DNA from: Thermodesulfovibrionales bacterium | Lineage (GTDB): Bacteria > Nitrospirota > Thermodesulfovibrionia > Thermodesulfovibrionales > SM23-35 | DNA: 64,000 nt | Reading direction: 5' to 3' | Assembly (NCBI GenBank): GCA_963715195.1 | Contig: CAVQRT010000031.1 | Coordinates: 128,001-192,000, forward strand | Part shown: positions 54,072 through 63,862 of the stretch, piece after piece | How positions within the stretch are numbered: the first letter of the stretch is position 1 | Layout of the letters: each line of letters opens with the position of its first letter | Program-made: the position numbers and the translations under genes | Notes under the pieces: generated by a model | What the model saw: only the letters and a program-made list of their open reading frames with translations | What the model was told of the DNA's origin: nothing | Database searches by the model: none

Positions 54072-54103
54072 GCCAACAAAACCAGTGCTGCTTTCATGAT
54101 ACA

Positions 54104-54844
54104 ATGACTGCTATGTACATTATAGCAGTAAAAAATCTAACTAAATATTATAACTCCCTGAAGGCTGTTGATGGTATTGATTTTGAAATATCCGGATCGG
54201 AATGCTTCGGGTTCCTCGGTCCGAACGGAGCCGGGAAAACAACAGTGCTGAGAATCATTTATTGTTTCATGCCCCCGAGTTCCGGAGAGGTGAGAGTATT
54301 CGGCATGGATGTCAGGGAAAACCCGAGCTCCATTAAAGCCCGTATCGGAGTGATGCCGCAGGAGGACAATCTTGACCCTGATCTTTCTGTTTTCGAAAAT
54401 CTTATTGTCTATGCCCGCTATTTCGATATCGCAAAAAAGGATTCCGCGCCTCTCGCGTGGGAACTGCTCGATTTTGTGGAATTGAGGGACAAGGCGTCTG
54501 TCAAAATCGGCAATCTTTCAGGCGGGATGAAGCGGCGCTTGGTACTCGCGCGGTCACTGATAAACAAACCGGAGCTTTTAATCCTTGATGAACCGACAAC
54601 GGGGCTCGATCCTCACAGCAGGCGGTCTGTCTGGGATAAGCTCCACTATCTCAAGTCGAGAGGGACGACGCTTCTGCTCACAACGCATTATATGGAAGAG
54701 GCTGAGGTGCTCTGTGACAGGGTAGGAATCATGGATTCCGGAAGAATTGTTGTAATCGATAGGCCATCGAGCCTCATGAACCAGCACGGCGGAAATCTCG
54801 AAGAAGTGTATCTGAAATTAACCGGAAGGGCACTCAAGGAATAA
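54104..54844 (+). CDS. ABC transporter ATP-binding protein (NodI-like)
   Basis: GPNGAGKT, LSGGMKRR, LDEPTTGLD, TTHYMEEA. Confidence 0.92.
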   Translation: MTAMYIIAVKNLTKYYNSLKAVDGIDFEISGSECFGFLGPNGAGKTTVLRIIYCFMPPSSGEVRVFGMDVRENPSSIKARIGVMPQEDNLDPDLSVFENLIVYARYFDIAKKDSAPLAWELLDFVELRDKASVKIGNLSGGMKRRLVLARSLINKPELLILDEPTTGLDPHSRRSVWDKLHYLKSRGTTLLLTTHYMEEAEVLCDRVGIMDSGRIVVIDRPSSLMNQHGGNLEEVYLKLTGRALKE

Positions 54845-54892
54845 TAGAGATTGATAATATGCAGAAGAATGGTTTCAAAAAAATATTTCAGT

Positions 54893-54974
54893 AAGCCCCC
54901 TGTGACCCCCTTTAAAAAAAGGGGGAAATAAAATGTATACCCCTCTTTTCAAAAAGAAGGATAAGGGGAGATTA
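54893..54974. repeat. CCCCC/GGGGG double-hairpin intergenic element
   Basis: ccccctttaaaaaaaggggg hairpin at 54906-54925, a second degenerate hairpin, and taagccccct...aggggagatta ends. Confidence 0.5.
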
Positions 54975-54997
54975 CTAAATCATACAATAGAATTTTT

Positions 54998-55753
54998 ATG
55001 AACATCAAGCGGGCATTCAGAGTGTGGCAGAGAAATTTTACGGTCTATACCAAACTCTACAAATCTGGTCTGGCACTGAATTTTGTTGAACCAGTCCTCT
55101 ATCTGGCAGCTTTAGGGCTCGGCCTCGGCGGATTTGTCCGTGAGATAAACGGTGTTCCGTATATTCAGTTTATTGCCCCCGGTATCATTGCCTCATCGTC
55201 CATGTTTGCAGCAATCTACGAGTGCACCTATGGCACCTATGTGCGAATGAAGTACCAGAAAACATTCGACGCAATTCTGGCAACCCCGGTAAACCTTGAT
55301 GACCTGGTGCTCGGCGAACTCCTCTGGGGGGCGACGAAGAGCCTGCTTTACGGGTCAATCATTATTCTTGTTATCGCTCTTTTCGGGCTTGTCGATTCTC
55401 CCCTGATAATTCTTGTTGTACCGGTCCTTCTCATAAGCGGCTTGATCTTTTCGGAAATATCGGTAATTTTTACGGCGGTTATTCCCGGGATCGATTCGTA
55501 TAACTATTTCTATACCCTTTTCATGACGCCGATGTTTCTCTTTTCCGGGATTTTCTTCCCTCTTGATAATCTTCCTTCCGTCATTTCTCAAATTGCCTTT
55601 TTCACGCCCCTCTATCACCTGGTAAACATATGCAGAGGCCTGGCATCAGGGGAGTTTGCGCTCTGCACATGGGATACCGTCTGGCTTCTTGTCGTGGTCC
55701 TGATTCTCGCTCCCTATCCCTTCAGGTTAATGCGCAAAAGAATTGTGGAATGA
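54998..55753 (+). CDS. ABC-2 type permease (NodJ-like)
   Basis: VWQRNF, FIAPG, ILATP, MFLFSGIFFP. Confidence 0.9.
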   Translation: MNIKRAFRVWQRNFTVYTKLYKSGLALNFVEPVLYLAALGLGLGGFVREINGVPYIQFIAPGIIASSSMFAAIYECTYGTYVRMKYQKTFDAILATPVNLDDLVLGELLWGATKSLLYGSIIILVIALFGLVDSPLIILVVPVLLISGLIFSEISVIFTAVIPGIDSYNYFYTLFMTPMFLFSGIFFPLDNLPSVISQIAFFTPLYHLVNICRGLASGEFALCTWDTVWLLVVVLILAPYPFRLMRKRIVE

Positions 55754-55776
55754 TCGATATTTTTATGAAAAAGATA

Positions 55777-57120
55777 TCAAGGTGTCTTGATATCGTATGC
55801 CTTTATTTTCCGGTGAAGGTTGCTGCGCTCGATGTCGAGGATTTCCGAAGTCTTTGAAATGTTCCAGTTATTCTCCTCAAGCTTCCGGATGATAAAGTCT
55901 TTTTCGAATGATTCCCGTGCATCTTTCAGCGTATTGAACGTAAAGTAGTCTGAACGGACAGCTTCCCCAAGAATAATGTTCCGGGGGGTTACCGTAGCGG
56001 ATGGAGTCATGATGACGAGCCGCTCAATGACATTCCTGAGTTCCCTGATATTCCCCGGCCAATTGTAAAGCTCAAGCATTTTCAATCCTTCGGGAGTAAT
56101 TTTCTTTGGTTTTTGACCAGATTCCGTTGCAAAGTATCCCAGAAAATAATCGACCAATTCCGGAATATCCTCTTTTCGCTCCCTGAGGGGAGGCAGGTGA
56201 ATCGGGATAACATTCAGTCTGTACAGGAGATCGTCCCTGAAGGCACCCTTCTTCATCTCCTCGGAAAGATCTTTGTTTGTGGCAGAAATAATTCTGACAT
56301 CTACCTTGATATTTTTGCTGCCGCCCACGCGCTGGAATTCCTGGGTTTCAATCACCCGAAGCACCTTGGCCTGCGTCGAGAGTGACATATCCCCTACTTC
56401 ATCAAGAAAAAGAGTCCCTTCGTCAGCAAGTTCGAATTTGCCTTTCTTCCGTTCAAAAGCGCCGGTAAAGGAACCCTTTTCATGACCGAAGAGCTCGCTT
56501 TCAATGAGTTCCTGAGGTATTGCAGCACAGTTCATTTCGATGAATGGCCTGCCTGCCCGTGAACTTTTTTCGTGGAGGATATGAGCAGCAAGCTCTTTCC
56601 CGGAACCGCTCTCGCCGAGGATGAGTACCCTGCCGTTGCTCTTTGCGGCCATATCGATCTGTTCGCTGAGTTGGCTCATTTTCGGGGAATTACCGATAAG
56701 GCGCCATTTCTTTGTCAAATCCTGTTTGAGGGCTTTATTCTCCATCTCGAGTGACCGTCTTTCCAGCGCCCTGTTGGCAACCAGCAGAACTCTCTCGAGA
56801 GACAGGGGTTTCTCCAGAAAATCATATGCGCCTAACCTCGTTGCATTTACCGCAAGCTCGATATTTCCATGGCCGGAAATCATGACAACAGGGAGTTCCG
56901 GATTCTGTTCCCGTATCCTGGTGAGCGCCTGAATGCCGTCGGTTCCCGGAAGCCAGATATCAAGAAACATCAGGTCCGGGGTCTGTTCTTTCAGCAGGGC
57001 AAAGGCTTCTTCGGCAGTACCTGCTGTCATGACGGTATATCCTTCATCTTCAAAAATTCCCGAGAGACTCTCACGGATTCCCTCCTCATCGTCGACGATA
57101 CATACCAAAGTGTCTCTCAT
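55777..57120 (-). CDS. ntrX: Sigma54-dependent response regulator, NtrX-like
   Basis: Receiver LDIWLP, GESGSGKE, GSFTGA, Fis HTH; paired with an NtrY-like kinase. Confidence 0.85.
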   Translation of the reverse strand: MRDTLVCIVDDEEGIRESLSGIFEDEGYTVMTAGTAEEAFALLKEQTPDLMFLDIWLPGTDGIQALTRIREQNPELPVVMISGHGNIELAVNATRLGAYDFLEKPLSLERVLLVANRALERRSLEMENKALKQDLTKKWRLIGNSPKMSQLSEQIDMAAKSNGRVLILGESGSGKELAAHILHEKSSRAGRPFIEMNCAAIPQELIESELFGHEKGSFTGAFERKKGKFELADEGTLFLDEVGDMSLSTQAKVLRVIETQEFQRVGGSKNIKVDVRIISATNKDLSEEMKKGAFRDDLLYRLNVIPIHLPPLRERKEDIPELVDYFLGYFATESGQKPKKITPEGLKMLELYNWPGNIRELRNVIERLVIMTPSATVTPRNIILGEAVRSDYFTFNTLKDARESFEKDFIIRKLEENNWNISKTSEILDIERSNLHRKIKAYDIKTP

Positions 57121-59160
57121 TTAACTCTCCTTCACCGGTATCGATATGGAAAAAACCGAACCATGCGGTTCGTTGTCATGGACTCTGATGTGGCCTCCGT
57201 GTTCCGTAACAATCCTGTTTGCTATCGCAAGGCCGAGGCCTGTGCCGTTTTTCTTGGTAGAAAAATATGGCAGAAACAATTTCTCCTTGTCCTTATCCAG
57301 AATGCCTGGTCCATTGTCCGCAATTGCTACCTGGGCTGTTTCGGAGAACGCGTCAAAGCCGACGCTCACATCGATCCTGCCGCTGTTCGTAATTGCCTGT
57401 ATCGCATTGTCAAAAATATTGATGAAGACCCTTTTGAATTGTTCCCCGTCGAGTTCGACCTGCGGAAGATTATCAGTGGCCGTAATGGTTATCTCCACAT
57501 TTTTATAATCCCTGTAGAGATCTGCGACCTCGTTGAGCAGAGCAGGAAGCGAACTCGGCATCTTCCGGATCTCTGGCATAGTGCCGAATTTTGAGAATTC
57601 ATCAACCAGCCTCTTGAGGCTATCGACTTCCTTGACAATGGTTCTTGCAGACCGGTAGAAAACATCTTCGAAATCAGGTTCTTTCTGCTCCCATTTTTTC
57701 AGCATCCGTTCTGCAGAGAGCTTGATGGGGGTCAGCGGATTTTTGATCTCATGGGCGATTTTTTTTGCAACATCCTGCCATGTCAGGGCTTTCTGGGCTT
57801 CAATGATGTCAGTGATATCGTCAAAGACAACGAGCATGCCGATATATTTTTCTGCGTCCTTCAGGCCGATAATGAACACCTGGAGGGTGAGCTTCTCCCC
57901 GCCTGCCATCGCTTTTACCTCTCTCCTGACAGCTTTGAATTCCTTCCCTTCAATGCTGCTGACGACATTTCTGAGCTCTTCGGAATGTATCAGTGCGAGC
58001 AGCTCACGGTAATGCCTGTTCAGCACTTGGTCGGGGCTGATGGTGATGATTGAACACGCACGCTTGTTGATCATAAGGATACGACCCGTGGTGTCAAGCA
58101 TGATAACCCCGGAGTTAATGTTGTCGAGGATATTTTCCAGGAAAAGTCTTCGCCGGTCGGATTCAAGGTATGCCGACTGCAGCGATTCCTTCCCTTCCTT
58201 TAATTCGTTTACCATATGATTAAATGAATTCACGAGGAGACCTATTTCATCCTCCCGGTTGATTTGAACCTGCACTTCAAGGTCACCCGCGGCAACAAGC
58301 TCAGTCGCCTGTGCAAGGCTCTGCACGGGGTCTGTAATCCCTTTTGAAATTTTCAGTCCCGCCCAAAGCGCAATCAGCGCGATAACCAGGGTAAGGAGGC
58401 CGAGGGTAAGGAGGTAATTGATCTTTATGGGCAGTTTCCACGCTTCGAGTGCAAGGTAATTCTCGTAGGCGTCCTTTATATTCCCCACATGCTTTATAAT
58501 TTTGGGAGAGATCCGGGATTCGATGACGATTACCCCTGTCTGCTTTCCTTTTTTGTTGTATTCCGGAAGAGCAGCCCGAACGATATCACCCCGTTTGAGG
58601 GAAATAACCTCGGTGCCTTCTTTACCGGCAAAGGCGGCTTCGAGGGTTTCAGTGGCATTCTTCGGCATGGAGGAAAACCGAACAACAGTGTAATTTTTTG
58701 ATAATTGTCCGCCTGCACGAAAAACCCTTGCACTGTAGAGCGCCTTCTGCTTTTCGATCTCATAAATAGTTTTTGCAATCTCTATGGAGTCCTCCAGAGG
58801 CTTCTTTATCTGCGGTGCAAACCATCTGTCGATATAATTTGCAATGAGTCCGCCGGAGAGGATGAACAGGAAGAGGGCAGGCAGGAGCGTCAGTGCCACC
58901 AGAATGATGACGAGCCTTGTTTTGAATTTATATCCGAGGACTTTGTTCTTTCTCTCGAGAATAAGTTTTACGATGCTTTTTGAGACAAAGAACACGAGAA
59001 CCAGAAATGCAAGGATTGTTATGTTCAGGAGCAGGAGCAGGATTATTCGCGTCAGCAAGGGGATTCCCCCGTGTTTTAAATAATGAATCTCTATGGCGAA
59101 AGAGGCAATGAGCAGAACAAACAGAGCGATTAATGAAGCACGGAAAAGGGGTTTTTTCAT
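57121..59160 (-). CDS. ntrY: Sensor histidine kinase with HAMP and PAS domains, NtrY-like
   Basis: WQDVAKKIAHEIKNPLTPIKLSAER, DNGPG, GTGLGL. Confidence 0.88.
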   Translation of the reverse strand: MKKPLFRASLIALFVLLIASFAIEIHYLKHGGIPLLTRIILLLLLNITILAFLVLVFFVSKSIVKLILERKNKVLGYKFKTRLVIILVALTLLPALFLFILSGGLIANYIDRWFAPQIKKPLEDSIEIAKTIYEIEKQKALYSARVFRAGGQLSKNYTVVRFSSMPKNATETLEAAFAGKEGTEVISLKRGDIVRAALPEYNKKGKQTGVIVIESRISPKIIKHVGNIKDAYENYLALEAWKLPIKINYLLTLGLLTLVIALIALWAGLKISKGITDPVQSLAQATELVAAGDLEVQVQINREDEIGLLVNSFNHMVNELKEGKESLQSAYLESDRRRLFLENILDNINSGVIMLDTTGRILMINKRACSIITISPDQVLNRHYRELLALIHSEELRNVVSSIEGKEFKAVRREVKAMAGGEKLTLQVFIIGLKDAEKYIGMLVVFDDITDIIEAQKALTWQDVAKKIAHEIKNPLTPIKLSAERMLKKWEQKEPDFEDVFYRSARTIVKEVDSLKRLVDEFSKFGTMPEIRKMPSSLPALLNEVADLYRDYKNVEITITATDNLPQVELDGEQFKRVFINIFDNAIQAITNSGRIDVSVGFDAFSETAQVAIADNGPGILDKDKEKLFLPYFSTKKNGTGLGLAIANRIVTEHGGHIRVHDNEPHGSVFSISIPVKES

Positions 59161-59723
59161 TCCTGAGTACCTGCAGTGAAATGGGGAGAATCTTTCCGGA
59201 TTTTGAATTCGTTTTCAGGGAGAAAAATCATAAAGTACCCGATGACAGGTGGTAGTTTTCTGATCTTCGATTCGACACTCACCCTGACAAAATAGCTGCC
59301 CTGTTCCAGTTCCCTGACGTTTGCAAGCTTCAGATCGTTAATGATCAATGCCCACCCTATCATCGATTCGAATGATTTGAACTTTTTTTGCACAATGGTA
59401 TTCCCGTCACCGGAAGCCGACCGGTATTCGAGGGTTACCGGGTCGCTCTTCAGAGTACGAACAAAATATTTACCGGTGACAAATTCATCAGGCCATATCT
59501 TCCAGACTCTGAACAGATCGACGGTAAACCTGAGCTCTTTCGTTACACCGTTTCGCAGTTCCTGCAATGATTTTTCGTTCAGTGAAAGGGAAGCAGTAAC
59601 ACGGATTTGGTTGTCATGAATTTCAACTTCAGGCCCGATAATTTCCGTTTCCCCTGCCGAGGAATATGAACAAAACAGTATAAGGGAAAACGTCAGGGTC
59701 AGAAGTTGTGTCAATACTTTCAT
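59157..59723 (-). CDS. DUF4390-like exported protein
   Basis: Signal peptide, LRNGV, KLPP motif; conserved position upstream of ntrY. Confidence 0.65.
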   Translation of the reverse strand: MKVLTQLLTLTFSLILFCSYSSAGETEIIGPEVEIHDNQIRVTASLSLNEKSLQELRNGVTKELRFTVDLFRVWKIWPDEFVTGKYFVRTLKSDPVTLEYRSASGDGNTIVQKKFKSFESMIGWALIINDLKLANVRELEQGSYFVRVSVESKIRKLPPVIGYFMIFLPENEFKIRKDSPHFTAGTQE

Positions 59724-59776
59724 GTGCACTGTCAGCGTTGAATGTATGTATTTGAACGCATTCCGGAAAGCGAGAC

Positions 59777-59806
59777 TTGACATAATGAAAAATTTATTTT
59801 CATTAT
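59777..59806. promoter_or_regulatory. Perfect 10-bp inverted repeat overlapping TTGACA between divergent genes
   Basis: ATAATGAAAA-attta-TTTTCATTAT at 59782-59806; TTGACA at 59777-59782. Confidence 0.5.
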
Positions 59807-59893
59807 ATCATAGCTCTGAAGGTGAAAAATCGCGAACCGGAAGAGTGAAGTCCCTGAAAACAATGCTCAGGGAAACACGACAAAGGGGGAGTC

Positions 59894-60220
59894 ATGATTC
59901 CCGAACTGAAATATGATGAAAAAGGTTTAATCCCGGCTATTATCCAGGATGCCGTAAATGGTGACATTCTGATGATGGCGTATATGAACAGAGAATCTCT
60001 GAAAATGACTCTTGAAACAGGCTATACCCATTTCTGGTCCCGCTCACGTCAACAATACTGGAAGAAGGGAGAGACGTCCGGCAATGTTCAAGAGGTCAGG
60101 GAAATTTTTTTTGATTGTGATGCAGATACACTTCTCGTGAAGGTTGTCCAGCACGGGCCAGGTGCATGCCATACCGGCAACAGGACCTGTTTTTACCGGA
60201 ACATCATTCGAGATGGATGA
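59894..60220 (+). CDS. hisI: Phosphoribosyl-AMP cyclohydrolase
   Basis: [27 protein letters not shown]. Confidence 0.97.
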   Translation: MIPELKYDEKGLIPAIIQDAVNGDILMMAYMNRESLKMTLETGYTHFWSRSRQQYWKKGETSGNVQEVREIFFDCDADTLLVKVVQHGPGACHTGNRTCFYRNIIRDG

Positions 60221-60659
60221 TGACCGCATTCTCATCACACTCCGGAAAGCGCGGGCAGCGAACACAGTCGCCCCATATTTTCTGGGGGAGAGCCGCTTTG
60301 TCGATGTCGTAAAACCCTAATTTCTTAAAGAAATCAGGGTGATAGGTAAGTGCAAATGTCCTCGTTATCCCGAGATTTCGCGCCTCCCTGAGGCAGTGCT
60401 TCACCAGGTTTCTGCCTATGCCGTGCCTCTGGAATCGATTCTCTACAGCCAGCGACCGTATTTCCGCGAGATCATCCCACATGATGTGGAGCGCACAGAC
60501 ACCGCATACATCTCCCTCAACTTCGCATACCATGAAATCCCTCAGGGTTTCATACAGTTCATTCAGGGAACGCGGGATCATCTGACCCCGTTTTGCGAAA
60601 TCATTGATCAGCCTGTGGGCCTGCTTAAGATCCGGTATCCTTGCCTTCCGTATTTTCAA
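60204..60659 (-). CDS. GNAT N-acetyltransferase (short ArgA-like amino-acid acetyltransferase)
   Basis: [29 protein letters not shown] start assumed. Confidence 0.85.
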   Translation of the reverse strand: MKIRKARIPDLKQAHRLINDFAKRGQMIPRSLNELYETLRDFMVCEVEGDVCGVCALHIMWDDLAEIRSLAVENRFQRHGIGRNLVKHCLREARNLGITRTFALTYHPDFFKKLGFYDIDKAALPQKIWGDCVRCPRFPECDENAVIIHLE

Positions 60660-61188
60660 TGTAGCGTATCCCTTCAAGAATTGCTTTTTGATTTTCTTCG
60701 ATGAGATTCTTTTTCTTTCCCTGCATCAAACTCTCAACCGCCTGAAAGGCAGATTCTCTGTGCACCGAACCTGTTTTTGCGATAAATCCCCCGAGCATGA
60801 CCATGTTGGCTGATTTTGTGTGTCCGATTCTGTTCGCTATGTCTGTTGCAGGAATCCCTGCGATATCGATATCATTTCGTGAAATGTGCTCCCTGATCAG
60901 AGAGGAATCGAACAGGAAAAAGCCGTTCTTCTTCAGTTGCGGCAGGAACCTGTTCTTCGATGCATTGTTCATAACGATCAGGATATCCGGACAGGTAACG
61001 ACCGGGGAACCGATAAGGGCGTCTGAAAGAATAACGGTGCAATTTGCGGTTCCGCCTCGTACTTCTGCTCCGTATGAGGGGAACCAGGTAACTTCGCGGT
61101 CTTCTATCATTCCTGCATGCGCAAGGGTTTTGCCGAAAAACAGGATGCCCTGCCCGCCGAATCCCCCTATGATAATTTTGATTTCCAG
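60625..61188 (-). CDS. 2-oxoacid:acceptor oxidoreductase gamma subunit (probable CTG start)
   Basis: (L/M)EIKIIIGGFGGQG, WFPSYGAEVRGGTANC, NMVMLG. Confidence 0.88.
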   Translation of the reverse strand: MEIKIIIGGFGGQGILFFGKTLAHAGMIEDREVTWFPSYGAEVRGGTANCTVILSDALIGSPVVTCPDILIVMNNASKNRFLPQLKKNGFFLFDSSLIREHISRNDIDIAGIPATDIANRIGHTKSANMVMLGGFIAKTGSVHRESAFQAVESLMQGKKKNLIEENQKAILEGIRYIENTEGKDTGS

Positions 61189-61938
61189 TTATTGTGTCTC
61201 CCGACAGCTGTCCTTGAAAGTTCCGAGGGGATATATCGGGATCATTTTTTGCCGGATCCACTGAAGTGCATCTCTTGGTGACAGGTCCCAGTCCACAGGG
61301 CAGGGAGACAGAATCTCGACAAGGCTGAACCCTTTCTCCTCCATCTGGTACCTGAAGGATGTTTCGATTGCCTTTTTTGTTGTGACAAGATTCTTGTATG
61401 AATCCAGAGAGGTCCTCGAGATATATGAAGGTCCTTCAAGGGTTGCGAGCAGTTCGGCTATGCGCAAAGGATTTCCATCCGTCTCCCGTTTTCTTCCGGA
61501 AGGGGTGGTCGATGTTTTTTGACCGGGAAGGCTTGTCGGTGCCATCTGGCCGCCGGTCATCCCATAGGTTGCATTATTTACAAAAAAGACAGAGATGTTT
61601 TCTCCCCTGTTTGCAGCATGGATTATCTCGGCGGTACCGATTGCGGCAAGGTCACCGTCACCCTGGTATGAAAAGATTATCCTGTCCGGCAAGGAACGTT
61701 TCAGACCGGTCGCTGCGGCAGGAGGTCTGCCGTGCGGAACCTCGAGCATATCGAAATTGAAGTAATCATAGGCAAACACGGCGCATCCGATCGGAGCTAT
61801 TCCGATAACCTTTTCCCGTATGCCCATGGTATCGATCACCTCTGCAATGAGCCTGTGGATGAGGCTGTGCCCGCATCCGGGACAGTGCCTGAACGGCTCC
61901 TGCTTAAGACTTACCGGCCTCTGGAATACCTTTTTCAC
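61189..61938 (-). CDS. 2-oxoacid:ferredoxin oxidoreductase beta (TPP-binding) subunit
   Basis: HCPGCGH, PIGC, HGR, YQGDGD, YGMTGGQ, LSPCP. Confidence 0.92.
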   Translation of the reverse strand: MKKVFQRPVSLKQEPFRHCPGCGHSLIHRLIAEVIDTMGIREKVIGIAPIGCAVFAYDYFNFDMLEVPHGRPPAAATGLKRSLPDRIIFSYQGDGDLAAIGTAEIIHAANRGENISVFFVNNATYGMTGGQMAPTSLPGQKTSTTPSGRKRETDGNPLRIAELLATLEGPSYISRTSLDSYKNLVTTKKAIETSFRYQMEEKGFSLVEILSPCPVDWDLSPRDALQWIRQKMIPIYPLGTFKDSCRETQ

Positions 61939-62926
61939 TTGCCTCCTTCATTTCCAGTAATGCTCCCTCGAGCAGACCATAATCACTTACGATCAATTCG
62001 CGGAAACGGAACAATTCCATCACCTTCATTGTAAATTGTACCCCAGGTATAATCAAGTCTGCCCGCCCGGGTTCAAGCCCCCGAATTTTTTTTCGCTCAG
62101 TCAGGGAGAGCTGCAAGAATGTTTTCTGCATTTGTTTCAGCCTGGAGAGAGGGATACGGTGAAGATGAATCTTTTGACGGGAGTAAGAATCAAGACCGAG
62201 ATCGACAGACGCAACGGTCGTGAACGTGCCTCCGGTCCCGATAAACAGGGTGGCTCCGGGATCCAGGCGCCCCGTATCTGGTCCAAAGTTATTTAATACA
62301 GTAACTATTTCCCGGTTCAACAGCATGACGTCGTGGGGTGAGGCTGGATCAGCGGTAATGCATGTCTGGGCGAGCTTTATCACTCCGGAAGGGAGACTCC
62401 CCATCATGTTCCGGTCTTCTCCCTGATAAATAATCCATTCCGAGCTCCCACCCCCGATGTCCATGATAAACAGAGAACGCTGGTGTGACCGCCCTGTATC
62501 CCCCTGCTGTATGATGGGAACACGCCCGCGCGCTGCTCCTGTTTCTGCAGGTGAAAATGCCTGGAGGATGCCTTTGAGAGTGAGTTGAGCCTCTTTTTCT
62601 CCGGAAATTATCTCAATCTGTATGCACGCTGCATCTCGTGCACGCTGCATGAAGATGCCGGAGTTTTGTGCTTCCCGCAGAGCGCTCGTTCCGAGTGCCC
62701 TGACATGTTTGATTCGAAATCGGTTTATGACTGATGCGAATCCGCTGAGTGCCTGCAAGGATGCTTCCATGTTTTCAGTCTGGAGGATTCCGGTTTGACC
62801 AACCATGCTGCCAAGGCGGGTTATTTTCCTGTCGGTATAGATGTCAATAATCCGGTTGTCAACGAATTCGCCGATAAGTATACGTAGTGTATTGGAACCC
62901 ACATCTATCGATGCAAAATGCGGCAT
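61904..62926 (-). CDS. Ppx/GppA family phosphatase
   Basis: ASIDVGSNT, TSALREA, DIGGGSSE, GLLEG. Confidence 0.92.
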   Translation of the reverse strand: MPHFASIDVGSNTLRILIGEFVDNRIIDIYTDRKITRLGSMVGQTGILQTENMEASLQALSGFASVINRFRIKHVRALGTSALREAQNSGIFMQRARDAACIQIEIISGEKEAQLTLKGILQAFSPAETGAARGRVPIIQQGDTGRSHQRSLFIMDIGGGSSEWIIYQGEDRNMMGSLPSGVIKLAQTCITADPASPHDVMLLNREIVTVLNNFGPDTGRLDPGATLFIGTGGTFTTVASVDLGLDSYSRQKIHLHRIPLSRLKQMQKTFLQLSLTERKKIRGLEPGRADLIIPGVQFTMKVMELFRFRELIVSDYGLLEGALLEMKEASEKGIPEAGKS

Positions 62927-63067
62927 TGCGGAGATATTATAAACAAGCCTCCAGGATAAAGGCATCATTCCGCTAACTCATGGTAACGATATTGCAATTA
63001 TGCTGTTTTTTATGGTATAAAATTCAGTTATCGAAAAGTGAAAATATGAACCAAGGAGATATTGTTG

Positions 63068-63424
63068 ATGAATGTGTATGAGAACATGATTATTCTCAAT
63101 GCAGCGATATCCGATGAAGAGGCAGATGCTGCGGTTGCGAGGATAAAAGACCTGATTGCGGGCCAGGGCGGAGAGGTCCTGAAAGTTGATGTTTGGGGGA
63201 GAAGAAAACTTGCTTATGAGATCAAGAAGCAGCGAAAGGGACTCTATGTGCTCCTTTTTTACAAGGCGCCTGCTCCGACCATAAAAAAACTCGAAGATTT
63301 TTTCAAAGTATTTGATTCCGTACTGAAATACATAATTTTCAGGCTCGGGCGCAAACAGATTCAGAACTTTGAAAAGGCTGAGTCTCCGGCAGAGAAGCCC
63401 GCGGAGCAGAAAAGTCAGGAATAA
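63068..63424 (+). CDS. rpsF: 30S ribosomal protein S6
   Basis: YENMIIL, WGRRKLAYEI. Confidence 0.96.
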   Translation: MNVYENMIILNAAISDEEADAAVARIKDLIAGQGGEVLKVDVWGRRKLAYEIKKQRKGLYVLLFYKAPAPTIKKLEDFFKVFDSVLKYIIFRLGRKQIQNFEKAESPAEKPAEQKSQE

Positions 63425-63822
63425 TGTACAACAAAATCATCCTCATCGGGAACCTTACGAAGGACCCCGAATTACGATACACACCTCAGGGAACGCCGGT
63501 GGCATCCTTCAGGCTCGCTGTCAACTACCGGTACAAACAGTCCGATGAGATGAAGCAGGAGACGATGTTTATCGACAACGTTATTTTCGGCAAACAGGCT
63601 GAGTCGTGCAGCAAATATCTGAACAAAGGGAGTTCAGTTCTTGTTGAGGGAAGACTCCAGGAGAGACGATGGGAAACGAACGGGCAGCAAAAGAGCAAAT
63701 TCGAAGTCGTTGCCCAGTCTGTCAGGTTTCTCTCACGGAGAGGAGGCGCCCAGGAATCGTCATTTGGCGGAGAAGGGGATACGATTCCACCCGAAGAAAC
63801 AACAGATCTGGAGCCGTTTTAA
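63424..63822 (+). CDS. ssb: Single-stranded DNA-binding protein
   Basis: IGNLTKDPELRYTP, VEGRL, acidic PF C-terminus. Confidence 0.97.
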   Translation: MYNKIILIGNLTKDPELRYTPQGTPVASFRLAVNYRYKQSDEMKQETMFIDNVIFGKQAESCSKYLNKGSSVLVEGRLQERRWETNGQQKSKFEVVAQSVRFLSRRGGAQESSFGGEGDTIPPEETTDLEPF

Positions 63823-63862
63823 TCTGCTGATCAGATAACTTTACCGGACGAAAGGAGCTACG

